Positions 1-14,520 of a DNA stretch of 64,000 nt are shown piece by piece. The notes beneath the pieces were generated by a model, which made no database searches, was not told the origin of the DNA, and was given only the letters and a program-made list of their open reading frames with translations. Numbering within the stretch: position 1 is the first letter of the stretch; each line of letters opens with the position of its first letter. The DNA comes from Octopus vulgaris (taxonomy: Eukaryota), in the NCBI GenBank assembly GCA_951406725.2, contig OX597822.1, positions 26,784,001 to 26,848,000 of the forward strand. Direction: 5' to 3'. The position numbers and the translations under genes were made by a program.

Positions 1-168
1 GTGATCAATTTATCTTTCATTATTGGTCATCTTGGTCAGGGCTGGAACTTAAGCTGTGTGGTAGGACGGATTTCCTTTCGTAGTGCCTGAAGGGAGTAAT
101 ATTGACTGATGTTGGAGATGGGGGATGAATTGCTATGTTTTATAAAAGTAAGTTGGTTTCCAACGTTA

Positions 169-398
169 TTAACTCTTTAGAATTTTTATCTGGCCATTTT
201 GAGCCCAAATATTCTATCTGTGTTCTATTTTGAAACTGGCCAGATATTGTCTCTCACACCTACCCTACAATGTCATTCTAAAAATATACAAACACACCAT
301 TGAAATCTTGAAGCTACAAGATAATACATGATTAATTCAAAACAATGTGAATAAATAAGAAATACATTTGACAGAGAAATCTGAATGCTAAGGGTTAA
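169..398. mobile_element. TTAA-flanked (piggyBac-type) MITE; related copies at 15084-15316, about 12119-12335 and about 56304-56530
   Basis: ttaa-ctctttag...gctaaggg-ttaa. The copy at 15084 reads ttaa-ccctttagc...gctagaggg-ttaa. Confidence 0.7.
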
Positions 399-1675
399 AC
401 TTGCCCAACACATCATGGTGAAGAAAGAATTCCGTGCATGCAAAGTATATTTTTTATGTTTGTATATTTGTTTTGCAAAATTCCTGATGTGAAATTATGT
501 GTTGAAATATATTATTATATTTCAGGATGGCCATTGTTCATTTTCTTTTTGCCAAATAAACACATCACTATATATTCATTCTTCACTCCAGCATTATTAT
601 TGTTTTTATTTTAGTGTCCTTTGTCTAAAATCTTTTGTCACACATCCCATGACCTTTTCAGCGACTCTCCATCCCATTAGTATATTTTGTCTTCTCATTA
701 ATACAACAACAGTTTCTTACTATACCCTTGGGCCAACCAATGCCTTGGGAATGAATTTGATAAATGGTAAATGTGTAGAAGTCCATCAGTCACCGACCCC
801 CACACCTCCACTCCTACACATGGTGATGCAAACAAGATGAAAAAGAACTCAAAACATGAGTATATACATATATTTTCAGAAACAGCTATCGGACTTGTAA
901 CGTCTTCTAACCTCTAATTCTTTGAGTCTAAGCAATCTGAATAAGTTTGCTCTATAAAATATATATATGCCCATACTTCATTGTTTATTATCTCAAAATT
1001 TTGAATCTGCCTTCACCTCTTTTTAGATGTATACATGCACACACACACATACACACACACACACACATACATTGTACATTAAAACCCAAGGTTTGATTTG
1101 TTTATTTGAATCATTGTCTCTCTAGATATTTTCATTAATATTTAGCAGAAGCAATGGAATAATTCAAAGGCCATAGATTCATGCATTAGCACTTATCAAG
1201 CTAGCTACAGATTAAGGAGTTGTGAATTTATATACCAGTGATAATAGCATTTCCCTAGATAGTTCTGGAAGAAATAATAAAATATGTATATATTTTATAA
1301 TTATATATATAAAATATTTATATATTATAATTATATATATATATATAAAATATTTATGTATTATAATTATATATATATATATATTCCATACAATGTATTT
1401 AAAATATAAAATTATATGTGTTTTGCAATTTTAATTTTGTTTGTGAAATGAAACAATCGTAGGTGAATATGTTGATTAATTAATAAATTAATTTGTATCC
1501 ATTAGATCTCTCTGTTTTCTAACTAGATAAAAATGTTTGATATTTTATGATATTCTATTAAATATATTCATTGAAGAATTATCTTTTCAAAATTTAATAT
1601 ATTAAACCAGTGTATCTTGGATAAATATCCCTATAAGAGGTTTGAATATCCTCATTGTAATTATATATATATACA

Positions 1676-1707
<32 letters not shown>

Positions 1708-1713
1708 CATACA

Positions 1714-2026
1714 GTAAGACCTGTTGAGGCAAGTGAAAATCGAAATCGATCAACATCAATGGAAATTGTAGGTGTGATACCAGTGCCGGTGGCACGTAAA
1801 AAGCACCATCCGATCGTGGCTGTTTGCCAGCCTCGTCTGGTACCCGTGCCGGTGGCACGTAGAAGCACCCACTACACTCACGGAGTGGTTGGCGTTAGGA
1901 AGGGCATCCAGTCGTAGAAACATTGCCAGATCAGACTGGGCCTGGTGCAGCCTTCTGGCTTCCCAGACACCAGTTGAACCGTCCAACCCATGCTAGCATG
2001 GAAAGCGGACACTAAACGATGATGAT
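1714..2026 (+). mobile_element. RTE 3'-UTR-derived short repeat
   Basis: gacctgttgaggcaagtgaa...ggcacgtaaaaagcacc...ggcgttaggaagggcatccag...atggaaagcggac with a (gat)n tail. Homologous to 21851-22055. Confidence 0.75.
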
Positions 2027-2356
2027 AAGTAAGAGGAAGGATATAATATCCAGGCAGATACTGAATTTCTCTATGTAAAACGCCAAGGCTGATTCCTTTA
2101 GATGGTGCCTTTTATGGTAAATTTCCTTTAATTCGCATGTGATATTACAGTTTATTTCTTGGCTACTTAGAGTGCATAGTACAATATTGATAATAAGGAG
2201 AATGAAGAATTTGAGCATTCAGACCTTTTGTTTATTTCCAGTTAGTTTATTTCATAGTATTTTATATTATTTATAAACTAATTAGTAATAAATGTAAAGT
2301 TTGAATGTTCAAATTCTTCATTCTCCTTATTATCAAAATGTATATACACATATAAG

Positions 2357-2393
<37 letters not shown>

Positions 2394-2433
2394 GTCGAGA
2401 GAGGGAGAGAGAGAGAGAGAGAGAGAGAAAGAA

Positions 2434-2879
2434 GTTGAAAATGCACAGGGATTCATTTAGATTTTTTATCTTTTAATTTTTATAGATTTAGCTGGTTTCA
2501 CAGATTTCTCTGTCTTTTGAAAGTTGAGAGAGAAAGACATGGGGCTATGTCATGTGACAGCTTTAACTAACAATGCCAAATATATTGTTGCATGATATTG
2601 AAGAATAGATGTAGTAGAGAATGTACAAAAATTTCTAAAACCTGATCACATGATCATCCTCAACCAATCAAAATGTGTCCAAGACAGATGCTAATTTGAG
2701 CCATGCTCTATCTATAAAAACAAGACAATTTTTGAATTTCAGTCAGAAGCAAGGTAGTTGCAGCATAACTCTGCATCTTTCTGTCTCAACTTTTGACAAT
2801 CAGAGGAATCTGTGAAACCAGTTAAGTTTAAAAAATTTTTTTAATAAAAAATCCAAATGAATCTTAGTGCTTTTTCAAC
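2434..2879. mobile_element. Old inverted-arm element with degenerate hammerheads in both arms
   Basis: 2434-2550 is an imperfect reverse complement of 2763-2879. The right arm reads aactt ttgacaa tcaga ggaa tctgt GAAA ccag tt aagtt (2788-2828). Confidence 0.5.
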
Positions 2880-4155
2880 CTTTTTTTTTATATATTTCTA
2901 CCTGTGTGGAATAAAATAACTTTGTTTTCTACATATATATTGTTGTAATTTGGGATGATCACTTTTTTGCCTTTGTCAAATAGACAATGGCATTATATAT
3001 TCATTCTTCACTTGTTTATTACTGTTCTTATTCTACCTCATATCCAAGTGTCTTCCACTATACCCTTGGGCTGAGTGGATTTGGCAGATGGAAACTGAAA
3101 GAAGCCCATCATATATATATATATTTATATATTTATGTGAGTGTGTCTTTGTGCCCGTGTTCGTCTCCCCAGCATCACTTGACTACTGATGCTGGTGTGT
3201 TTTTGTACCTGTAACTTAGTGGTTCAGCAAAAAAGGCCATTTAAATATGTACTAGGCTACAAAGAATAAGTCCTGGGGTCAATTTCTTTGACTAAAAGAC
3301 CCCTTTGTGGTCCTGCTCCAGCATGGCTGCAGTCATGACTGAAACAAGTAGAAGAATATATCCTATATGTCTTACTAAGCATTTTGCTTGGCATTCTAAC
3401 GATTCTGCCTGCCCACAGGAATTACTGGATGATGTAGTCCTTGATGATCAAACAAATGAATGGGGATGTCATGACTGGAATGCCTTTGATCATAGGTTAG
3501 ATCTGCTCAACCAGGACTGACCTTGGGTTGAACAATAACTGCAACAGCAAGTGCAAAAATGCTGAAGTAGATATCAATAACAACAATAACTAGAACATCA
3601 ATAACACATAGCACTTGTAATAATAACAGCAATGTCAACAACAAGCCTAATGACAATGAGCGACAACATCTACAATAATAGCAATACAATACTCTGCAAC
3701 AGCTGTTGTGTTTCTTAATTTCAGAGATTGAAGAAAGAGAGAGAGAAAGTGTTGATGGGGTGGTGGTAAGGAAGAGGACAAAGGAGATGCGTAGTGAAGG
3801 CTAAGTAATTTCTATAATATCACAGGTGTCCGGAGACAAAAAAAAAACAGAAAAAAAAAATGAATGGGATAATCTAGATTGTGTTGCAGGGAATATAGAG
3901 TGAGATAATTGATTGATTGTCGATAGAGAAAGCTAGCAGAGAAAGACATCGATCACCTGTACATATGTTATTGCCATGTCTTGTAGTGCAATTTGTGTAC
4001 TAATATATATATGCATAATGAGTTCATATTCCACTGAGGTCAACTTGGCCCTTCATCCTTTCGGGGTCGATAAATTAAGTACCAGTTGCGTACTGGGGTC
4101 AGTCTAATTGACTGGCCTAGAGTAGAAAAGAATATATATATATAAATACATATAT

Positions 4156-4757
4156 GTGAAGACCCGTTGAGGCAAGTGAAAATCAAAATCAAAATCAAAC
4201 CAAATCAAATCAGATATCAGAAAGCAGAATCAAAGTAGCCAGTCGACTTGTACATACCTTTTCTTCTTGGGACACAAAACTCCACTTGTGAAGACCCGTT
4301 GAGGCAAGTGAAAATCAAAAGTCAAAATCAAAATCAAATTCAAACCAAATCAAATCAGATATCAGAAAGCAGAACCAAAATCGAAGCTGATCAACATCAA
4401 TGGAAATTACAGCTGTGATACCAGTGCCGGTGACAAGTAAGCGAACCATCCGATCGTGGCCGTTGCCAGCGCTGCCCCGACTGGCCTCCGTGCCGGTGGC
4501 ACGTAAAAATCACCATCCGTTCATGGCCGTTGCCAGCCTCGCCTGGCCCCTGTGCCAGTGGCACGTAAAAGCACCATCCGTTCGTGGCCGTTGCCAGCCT
4601 CGCCTGGCCCCTGTGCCAGTGGCACGTAAAAGCACCATCCGTCCGTGGCCGTCTGCCAGTTCTGTCTGGCACCTGTGCGGGTGGCACGTAAAAAGCACCC
4701 ACTACACTCAACCCATGCTATCATGGAAAGCGGACGTTAAATAATGATGATGATGAC
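4156..4757 (+). mobile_element. RTE 3'-UTR-derived repeat with about four internal 61-bp tandem units and a 5' duplication
   Basis: Unit gccgttgccagcctcgcctggcccctgtgccagtggcacgtaaaagcaccatccgttcgtg at about 4459-4700. About 4156-4230 is duplicated at about 4287-4375. Ends in a (gat)n tail. Confidence 0.75.
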
Positions 4758-4777
4758 ATACACACACACAAACGTGG

Positions 4778-4825
<48 letters not shown>

Positions 4826-4969
4826 TGTGTGTTCATTTCTCTTTTTGCCATCTGTGATTATATTTTTGATCTATATAAAAGAAGATATTTCCTTCGTTCT
4901 GCTGCCTTTCTTTCTATGAAATGAGAAAATACATCGCAGAACAATTATTTTAATGAGTTGTTTCCATTT

Positions 4970-5075
4970 ATCACCCAATGAGACACATCTGCACTGCCGG
5001 ATGCTCCTGAACCAGTTGTTAAGTGTCCCACCTGTGAGGGATCGGTGCTAGATGTGTGGAAACAATTGCCATGAT
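4970..5075 (+). ncRNA. Degenerate paralogue of the 62018 hammerhead
   Basis: atcac ccaatga gacacatct...agatgtgtg GAAA caattg cc atgat. The surrounding about 170 bp (4948-5121) aligns with 61995-62169. Confidence 0.5.
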
Positions 5076-5120
5076 TAATAATGAATTCTTGTATATTCCA
5101 TCTTCTGTCTTTCATTTACC

Positions 5121-5877
<757 letters not shown>

Positions 5878-6984
5878 TAAGAAGTTTGCTTCCCAGCTAT
5901 ATAATTCTGGGTTCAGTCTTACTGTATGACACAATGGACAACCATCTTCTAGTATAGCCCTGGGCCAATTAAAACCTTCTGAGTGGATTTGGTAGACAGA
6001 AACTGAAAGCTCATACATACACATATATGTATGGCTGGCTTCTTGATGTGTGTGTGTATATATATATATATATATTAGTGTGCATCATTGTCTTTGTCCT
6101 CTACCACTGCTTGATAACAGATGCTGGTTTGTTTATATCCCCATAGCTTGGTGGTTAGGCAAAAGCAACTGATAGAATAAGTACCAGAGTGGATTCATTC
6201 AGCTAAAACACTTCAAGGCAATGCTCCAGTATTACCACTATCTAATGACTGGAGCCACTAAGAGATAGAAGATATATGTGGGTGTCTATATATTATATAT
6301 TATACATATATGTGTGTGTGTATGTGTGTATAAAAAGGGTTATTAAATGATGATGATGAATATGATGATATACACACACACAGGTACACTGCCATGCACA
6401 GGTGTATAAATACATATACATATGTATATACATGAGTGCACATACACACACATTTGTGAACGAGTATATAATTAGATCTATATGTTTGTGTGCATGCGCA
6501 TATATTTGTGCACGGGTGTATGTGAGTGCAACCTAGAGTAATTATTATTTGTGTACATGAACTAAATTACTACAGATCTGCAGAGAAATATATATGATAT
6601 ATACAAACACATATACACACTCACACATACATATATGTATAGGTTTTCATGTTTATGTTTAAGATGCACATTAACATGTGTATGTGCGTTTTATCTAAAG
6701 TCCTGATTATCTGCATTCATTATCTAAATTAATACAGATCTGCACGTGTTATATAGAAGACTGAGCCTGTACAAGCTTGTAAGTTGTCATTCATATGTAA
6801 ACATGTTAAATATGTGTTGCCTCTCGTATAACATTACATATGTGTTAAACATATGTAACGAGTACTTGGCATTTACCTGCTTGCATATGAAAAGGCTTAC
6901 ATGTGAATATGTGAGTAAAAAAGAGCTGTCGCAAATATATATGTATGTATGTGTGTGTGTATATGCATGTATTAATTTATGCAT

Positions 6985-7046
<62 letters not shown>

Positions 7047-7299
7047 ATGTATACATGTAAAAAAGCAAATATATACTCATATATATATATATACTTGTAT
7101 ATACCTATATATACATATATAAACTTTGTTATTAAAGCTGCAAAAACATTAACAAAAGCTGCTACTCAGAGTTTCATGTTCCTGTTGGACAGCTGTGATC
7201 CAGCTGGTACACACACACACATATATATATATAATATAATATGTAATATATAATATATAATATATGTATATATATATATATATTTACATACATTTGCAC

Positions 7300-7335
<36 letters not shown>

Positions 7336-7554
7336 GTCTAGAAATCAGTGTGTGTATTTATTAATGTATAGGCTGTGCCAAACATCAAGTATAAAATTAA
7401 AACACATTTAATATATGTTGCATATTTCAAAAACAATATTATTGTACTTTATACATACATATACATGCACACACAAACATCAAAATACACACACTCACAT
7501 CCACATGCATACACACATGCATATGAATATATTTGCTCTTCATTTATAGAATGG

Positions 7555-8090
7555 GAAGCATCTCAGAAACTGATCACAAGGAAAATAGACGACATGTCAG
7601 ATCTTAATTTATTGGGATTGTCTTGAGAAGCTCAAACTCCATTCTCTCCAGCGTCACTGTGAGCACTATATTATTTGTATGGGGTGGAAAATACTCCAAC
7701 ATCCTTGCCCATATGATGTTGGCATCAACTTCAGAATTCAGCCGAGGCTTGGTCCCTGTGTCATCTATCCTCTACAAATATCATGCCTGCATCACATCAT
7801 AACTGTAAGACAAGACTATTTCACTTCAACTGGCCCTGCTCTCTTTAACACCATGTTAAGACACATAAGAGAAAAAAAGATCTTATAATATTCAAACTGG
7901 TCCTGGACAAATATCTCCAACAAATTCTAGATGACCCACCTACACTAGGATATATATATATCTGCAAACAATAACTCTTTACTCGAATGTGCTTTAAAAC
8001 ATCATTAAAGGTCTTTTCCAGTTGGTGATATATTAAGTTAGGCATGGCCTGGGCCAGTTCTGGCCAAAACTCATCTAAGTATTTAAGTGT
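7555..8090 (+). mobile_element. CR1-type LINE 3' remnant
   Basis: Translation across frameshifts gives QKLITRKI..YWDCLEKLKLHSLQRHCEHYII..WKIL..GPALFN..FKLVLDKYLQQILDDP..GY, typical of CR1 ORF2 C-termini. Confidence 0.75.
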
Positions 8091-8124
8091 ACACAATTCT
8101 CAAGACGTTCAGAAGTTGCAAAGA

Positions 8125-8450
8125 TCAGTGGTTAGAGTTTGGGGCTCACAATCCTGAGGTAGTTAGATCAATTCCTGGACCAGGCTGTGTGTTGTGTTCT
8201 TGAGCAAGATACTTTATTCCATGTTGCTCCAGTTCACTCAGCTGTAGAAATGAGTTGTGATGTCACTGGTATCAAGTTGTATTGGCCTTTGTCTTTCCCT
8301 TCGATAACATCAGTGGCATGGAGAGGGTAGGTTGGTATGCATGGGCAACTACTGGTCTTCAATAAACAACCTTGCCTGGACTTATGCCTTGGAGGAGAAC
8401 TTTCTAGGTGCAATCCCATGGTCATTCATGACCGAAGGGGGTCTTTACCT
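8125..8450 (+). mobile_element. SINE family A
   Basis: cagtggttagag...ttcttgagcaagatacttt...ctaggtgcaatcccatggtcattcatgaccgaagggggtctttacc. Confidence 0.75.
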
Positions 8451-10261
8451 TTGCCTACCTAATTTTAGACCTTTCCATCAACATCTATGTTCTGTAGTCT
8501 ATGAACACCCAGACATAGGAAGTTTTCTGCAGTTTTCCCCTGCTTTACATACACCCAAATGGTTGTAACAGGTTCCTGCATGCTGGATGTTCAATGATGC
8601 AAAACATTTTGTTTTTCTTATGTTGGGAATTAGATTTACATATTCTTCTATGCATCACTGATTATGTTGCCTATTGCCTGTAGTTCTGCTGAAGTTGCAC
8701 CACTTGTAGCGTCAGCTGTATGCTGAAATTGGTGAAGGCACTTAGCTTATTTGTTATCATATTTGACTCACAATTACTAGTTATGAATTTGATTTCTAGT
8801 GGCATGGTGTGTCCTTGAGCAAGGCACTTTATTTTGTGTTGCTCCAAGTTCACTCTGGGTTCAACTGAAACTTACTTTATTGACCCCAAAAGGAAGAAAG
8901 ATAAAGTTGACCTTGGCAGTATTTATTTTGTCCGGCATCTGCTGTCTTACTGCCCTTAGAGTGTAAGACTAATAATAATAAGAAATTCTTGTGCATTTGA
9001 AATTATTTTTATTCCTTGTTGAGGACATAATAAACAAATAAATAAGTATATGATAATAAATAAATACAATAAAATTATACAGTATGGTAAAGTACATTTT
9101 ACACTATTGAATTTTTTTTTTTTCACAAAGCTGCTAATCTTTCGTAAACCAAGAATCCCTAGGGCTACTGTTCAATTCTGGGTTTTGTAGCGAGTGGCAG
9201 ATGAAAGATAAATCTCTTTCCCAATGAATTGATTTAGGTTTTCAGTATATATGTCAATACCACACTATTGTTGCTGTTGTTGTTCTTGCTTAGCCCTCAA
9301 ATCAATCCGAACTGAACAAACCAATGAGCTATAAGCAAATGGTTTCCAACCATGGCTATCTCACACTTGTCTCAGCCATTCAAGAATTTGGACCTGGAGA
9401 TCTACATTTCCAGCGACTTTGAGGGCACCTCCCAGTGGTGTCGGGCGTCAACGAAGAGCCCTCGACTACAACAAGACAACCAAAGTTTTTTTTTTCCCCA
9501 AGGTCTGGGGTCTCCCACCCCTAAGCCCTAGACCATCACCTCTCACCCTTACCCATCTTGTTGCTTAACAACAACAACAACTCTTGTCTCAAGCATTCTA
9601 TATCTAGAACTACATCTTCAAAGTATACTTTTGTTTTCAAGATGGGCAGATATACTTTCATGGAGATTTGATGGCTATTTCTAGCAGACCAAGCAGCCAT
9701 GACCATGTACACATAATAAATTACCAACTTTACTCCACAAAGTGAGTAATGTATTACATAAACTAGGTTGATTTATAGGACTTATAGGAGTGGAGTAACT
9801 TTCTTGGCCATACTCAGAGTACAGTGTTCATGGCAGGATATGACATATTATGCTCACTGCTACTTATCCAGTAATCTATCTACTTGGACAATTGAAGCTA
9901 TCAAAAATACTTTAAGGATTAGGAAATTTCAAGCAAGGTCAGTATTTCCAAACATAGTGTCATAATTAGGCTTGTCACAAGGTTTTAATTTTAAATTACA
10001 CAATTGATACAAGATGTCAAATATGTATTTAAAAAATGCAGAGGTAATATGAAAACACCCTTAGGGCATAGGAAATGTTTATGTTGGAGTAAAACAAAAG
10101 TGTTGCATACCAAAGGAGATAGGAAGACAAGTAAGGAAATAATGGATGATTCAGAGACATATGATTGAAAGATAAATTTACAATTGTTAGATATTGATTT
10201 TAGATGTTACTTCAGTACGACAATCAGCCTATTATATGAAGGCTAATTAGCAAAGGTTGCT

Positions 10262-10296
<35 letters not shown>

Positions 10297-11699
10297 TGTG
10301 CAAATACATCCATGTGTGCATGCATGTGTACATATGTATAAATGTGTATAGTTATCTATCAAAAAGAATCAAACTTTAATTGAGAGATCACTCAATACCT
10401 TTAAATGGAATATCACTCTACATTATGTACAGAAAAGTAATTTTTCTCACATATTTTAAGGGGTGTCAAAATATTGATTTCCTCAAAATATTACCACAAG
10501 AATATGTTTTCCAATGACTACCAGTACCTAATTACGTTATTGATTCTTCAGAATAGTGGAGAAACAAAAGGAAAAGAAATTGACCCTTGTGTGATATGAA
10601 GTCAAACCTTTGCGAAAGAAAACAACAATATTGTAATATAATATTTATCGTGTAGTTTTTCTGACTGTTGCTGTTACTTCTACTACATTGAAGATGACAC
10701 AAATAGCTATGTTTTTTTCCTATCTGTTGCTACTCACTATTTAATATATTGTTTGGCACTGTGACATCATTGCGCAGAAGGAAATGTTTGGGTTAAAATC
10801 TTGGAAGCATAGCTCTGTTGCAGCCTTCATCTGTTTTCACAGTTGTTATGATACACTATAATTTCTCTGAAAACTAAGAGATGTGAGACGAATCAATGTC
10901 GCAATTCATATTCCTGTGAAATTAGCTCAAGGACAATAAAATTTCATAGCAACTCACCTAAAACTGAATGTTTATTACTTTCTCTTATTATAAATCAAAT
11001 GCCAGTAGGTTACCACTTCAAACATCAGCAACCCATAAGCATTTTAGATTGGATTAAATATCTTTCATATATTACAGAGGAAGTAGAAACCATGCCAAAT
11101 CAGACTGGAGACAGGTGCAGCACCTCAGCTTACCAACCCTGGTCAAACCATTCAACCCATGCCAGCATGGACAACAGACATTGAATGATAATGAGGATGA
11201 TCCAAAGCAGAAAAGGACACTTGTCTTATGTATGCTCACCCCTGTTTTTATGGTATAGTATGAGCAGGACTCACAGATAGATGGAGTTTAAGGGTGGGTA
11301 GGGGAATTGCTCTTAGACTGAAGAGTTAACCTGAAGTTTTTGCAGCATAATGTGTTGTGTTCTCTGCCAGAAGCACCCTAGGATTAGGTGGTAGTGTCAA
11401 ATCAGACTCATAGATTAAATATATCATTCAAAAACAGGAAGTCCTGCTAGAAATTCTTCGTCAGAGGCTCAAATATCACTCAATGATCTTAGGAAAATAA
11501 TGGACACACTTAATATTTTGGACCTGGTTGCACTTAGCTTGACAAAAAAAAAATGGGATCATAGCAGTCCTATGATCTGTACTATTGTTCATAGATCTAC
11601 TCGAGCAGGATTGAATTGGAATTAAACAACAATAACAAATTTCAGGATATATATATACACACCATCGGCTCCTCCTCATTTCTGAGTATTTCTGTTTTT

Positions 11700-12110
11700 C
11701 ATTTGGACTTCCTCATTTATATCAGTGCCTGACAAAACCAAATTTTGCATGGAACAAAAGTCCACAGATGTCACATTTAATGATCAGTAGAGGCCTTGGT
11801 TGGATTTGGTCAGTTTCTCATTGTAACCATTTATATTCTTTATTTCTTCAATGTTTAGCAAAATGTTCTACGCCAGTCTTGATGGTGTGATCCCAGACTA
11901 TTCTGTCTTCTGCATTTTTCTCCCAGGATTTAGGGTCATTGTTGGAGCTTTTCTTCATCTGTTTTAAATGGTCTTTGTAGCTTCACATGGGATGTCTGCT
12001 ACTACTATGATTGCTGTAAGAGGATTTGATATTGCAGTCTAATACATTTCATGCAGGGACATGACCTCCCATCTGAGGTGATGTTTGATGGTGTTGACCT
12101 TAATAATATT
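11700..12110 (-). mobile_element. RTE (BovB-like) LINE ORF C-terminal remnant
   Basis: Minus-strand fragments HHLRW.GHV, YKDHLKQ..DPKSWEKNAEDRIVW..TIKTGVEHF and a zinc-finger-like CDICG..FHAKFGFVRH. Confidence 0.65.
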
Positions 12111-14520
12111 GGTGTTGCTTAACCCTTTAGCATTTAAACCGGCCATATCTGGCCCAAATATTCTACATGTTTTGTGTTGAAGGTGTCAAGGTCTGACCTC
12201 TTACATATACCCTATAATGTCATTTTAAAAATATGCAATTACATCGTTGAAATCTGAAAGCTAAAAGATAATGCAGGATTCATTCAAAAAAATATAAATA
12301 AATAAGTATTAAATTTGACAGAGTAATCTGAATGCATTTCTGTTGAAATGCTCCGTCATTGATTCAATTAATTTTGAAAATAATAAAGAATTTGTCACTT
12401 TGTCACTTCAAATCTGGGGTTTGAAACATAAATTATTATGAAAGTTTGATGGAAGATTTTTAATTTAGATCACTTTAAAACAGGAAATGCTTCTAAGCAC
12501 ATAGTTTTGGGCTTAGTCCCACTTTGTAGTACCTTGGGCAAGTGTCTTCTACTATAATCTACTAAGCCTTGTGGGTAGATTCAGTTGAGGATGACTGGAA
12601 GAAGCTTATTGTATACGTATCTGTGTGTGTGTATGTGAAATGACTTCATTTGGGCATAGAGTAGATTTGAACCTGAATCTGCAAATTTCCCCTAACATTT
12701 CAACAGCATTTTTCTCACAGAAAAATGGAAGTTGATAAGAGTTTTGTTCAACACATGGTTTTGCCGAGTCAGTTTATAGCTTTTCCATTTGACTCTTAAC
12801 CTCTTTTATGCTGTGTAAAGTTGAATTTAGATAAGAATGATCTACATGAAACTACCCATTGTTCTCAACAATACATCTCTCTTTCTAGCTAGTCTTCATA
12901 GTTGTAAGTACTAGAATTCTGTAAAGAAAAAAAGGAGTTGGTGAAAAGAGACAACCAGAAGCAGGTCAGAGGATGAGCAGAAAGCAGACCAGTAGAGATT
13001 ACAACAGCAGGGCTGTCCTGCACAATGACCAAGTCACTTGTTTTCCTTACTCTCCCAGCTTTCCACCTTTGGTGACATTACTCAATCAATCTCCTTAGTA
13101 CTAGATTGACAGGATCAGGCAGCATAGAACTTAAGGCCATACAGTGTCAGGCAATGAAATACAACACTCTTGTTTATACAGATCTGCTCTCATTGTTGAT
13201 ATTATCATCTACCCATTGTGGTTAAGTATTGATCACATGTAATGGTTAAATGAAATATTTGTTCATAACTTTGGCCACTGTCTTTATTTCACAGAGTCAA
13301 CATCACCAACATCATCCACATAATGACCCATTACATATGTGTTCTGTGTGCATATGCATATGTCTTCTTCTCTTGACATCAAGAGTTAGTTATAAACAAG
13401 TATCACCATCACAGCAGCTGAGCCCCTCATTTCTAGCCTTTTGTGATGTTTAGTGATGGGGAGATATTATCTTGCTTGGAAACGTGTGAATGTTAGTGAT
13501 AAGAAGAGCATCAAGCTGTACAAAGTCTGCCTCAACAAATTCTGCTTCAACCATGATTCCAGAGAAAATGTAAATGTTAAAGTGACGATGACAATTTTCT
13601 TGTCTGAAGTTGAGGTTATTAATCTGAAAAGTTATAATCTTATAGGTTTTAGTATAAGATTCTGCAGAAAGTAAATATATAGGAACTGTACACACTGTAC
13701 AGTCAGTGAAAACAGCAGGTGCTGCAGAGATAGGGAAGTCTCTTGAGCAGCTTGGCATGGAGTCAACTCTTCTAATATGTCAAATGTAATGAAGAGATAG
13801 ATAAGTAGAGAGATAAAGAGAAGGGGAGAGAGAGAAAGTGGCAAATAGCAATGAGCAATCTTACAAGAAAGTGATCAACCCACCTGTTATCTAAGTGAAG
13901 TATTGTTATTGTTGTTCAGCCCCAGGTCAGCCTTGATTGAGCAGATTTGTGATCAAAACCATTCCATTCATGACCATCCTGTCTTTTTCTTACATGCAGG
14001 GAATCCAAAACCATATCATCCAATGTCCTCTTCTAAGTTGTGATATGAGGGAATTAGGTTGTTATTTCTAAATGATCAAGGGATCATATTGAGGCTCCCT
14101 TGTTGTCCCATAATGAGTGTTCTGTAATGGAGATGGATGTAGTGATAAGACAGAGGATAAAATAATTATATGGGGGTAGTTATTAATCAATTTTTTTAAT
14201 AGGTTAGTTAGGAGTGAAGGGGAAGTACATGATAATAATAAAGTGCTTCTAGTACACCCTCTTGAGAAATTAGTGACAGTAAGGACACCTAGTTGTAGAA
14301 ACTATGCCAAACTAAAAAAAAAAAAATGAAATGAATGAGTGAGACAGTAACTCTGGTCTTTCTAGGAGAGCAGAAACTGGCTAGGTTCATGATGACCAGT
14401 CTAACCCATGCCATCGTAGAAAAGTAGATGTAAAATAATGATGAGATGATGTTGTTGCCACAACAATAGCACATGTGACACCAGCTAAGAATTTAGATTT
14501 ATGCTAAGCTGTACTATAAG

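Noticed and set aside
868-900. GAAAcagctaTC resembling a hammerhead 3' half
   Set aside because: No upstream CUGANGA or stem II found; at most a truncated remnant.
4397-4744. Repetitive 104-114 aa ORFs (VPVARK.., FTCHWHR..)
   Set aside because: Translations of the tandem units in an RTE 3' UTR repeat; the frames are not conserved among copies.
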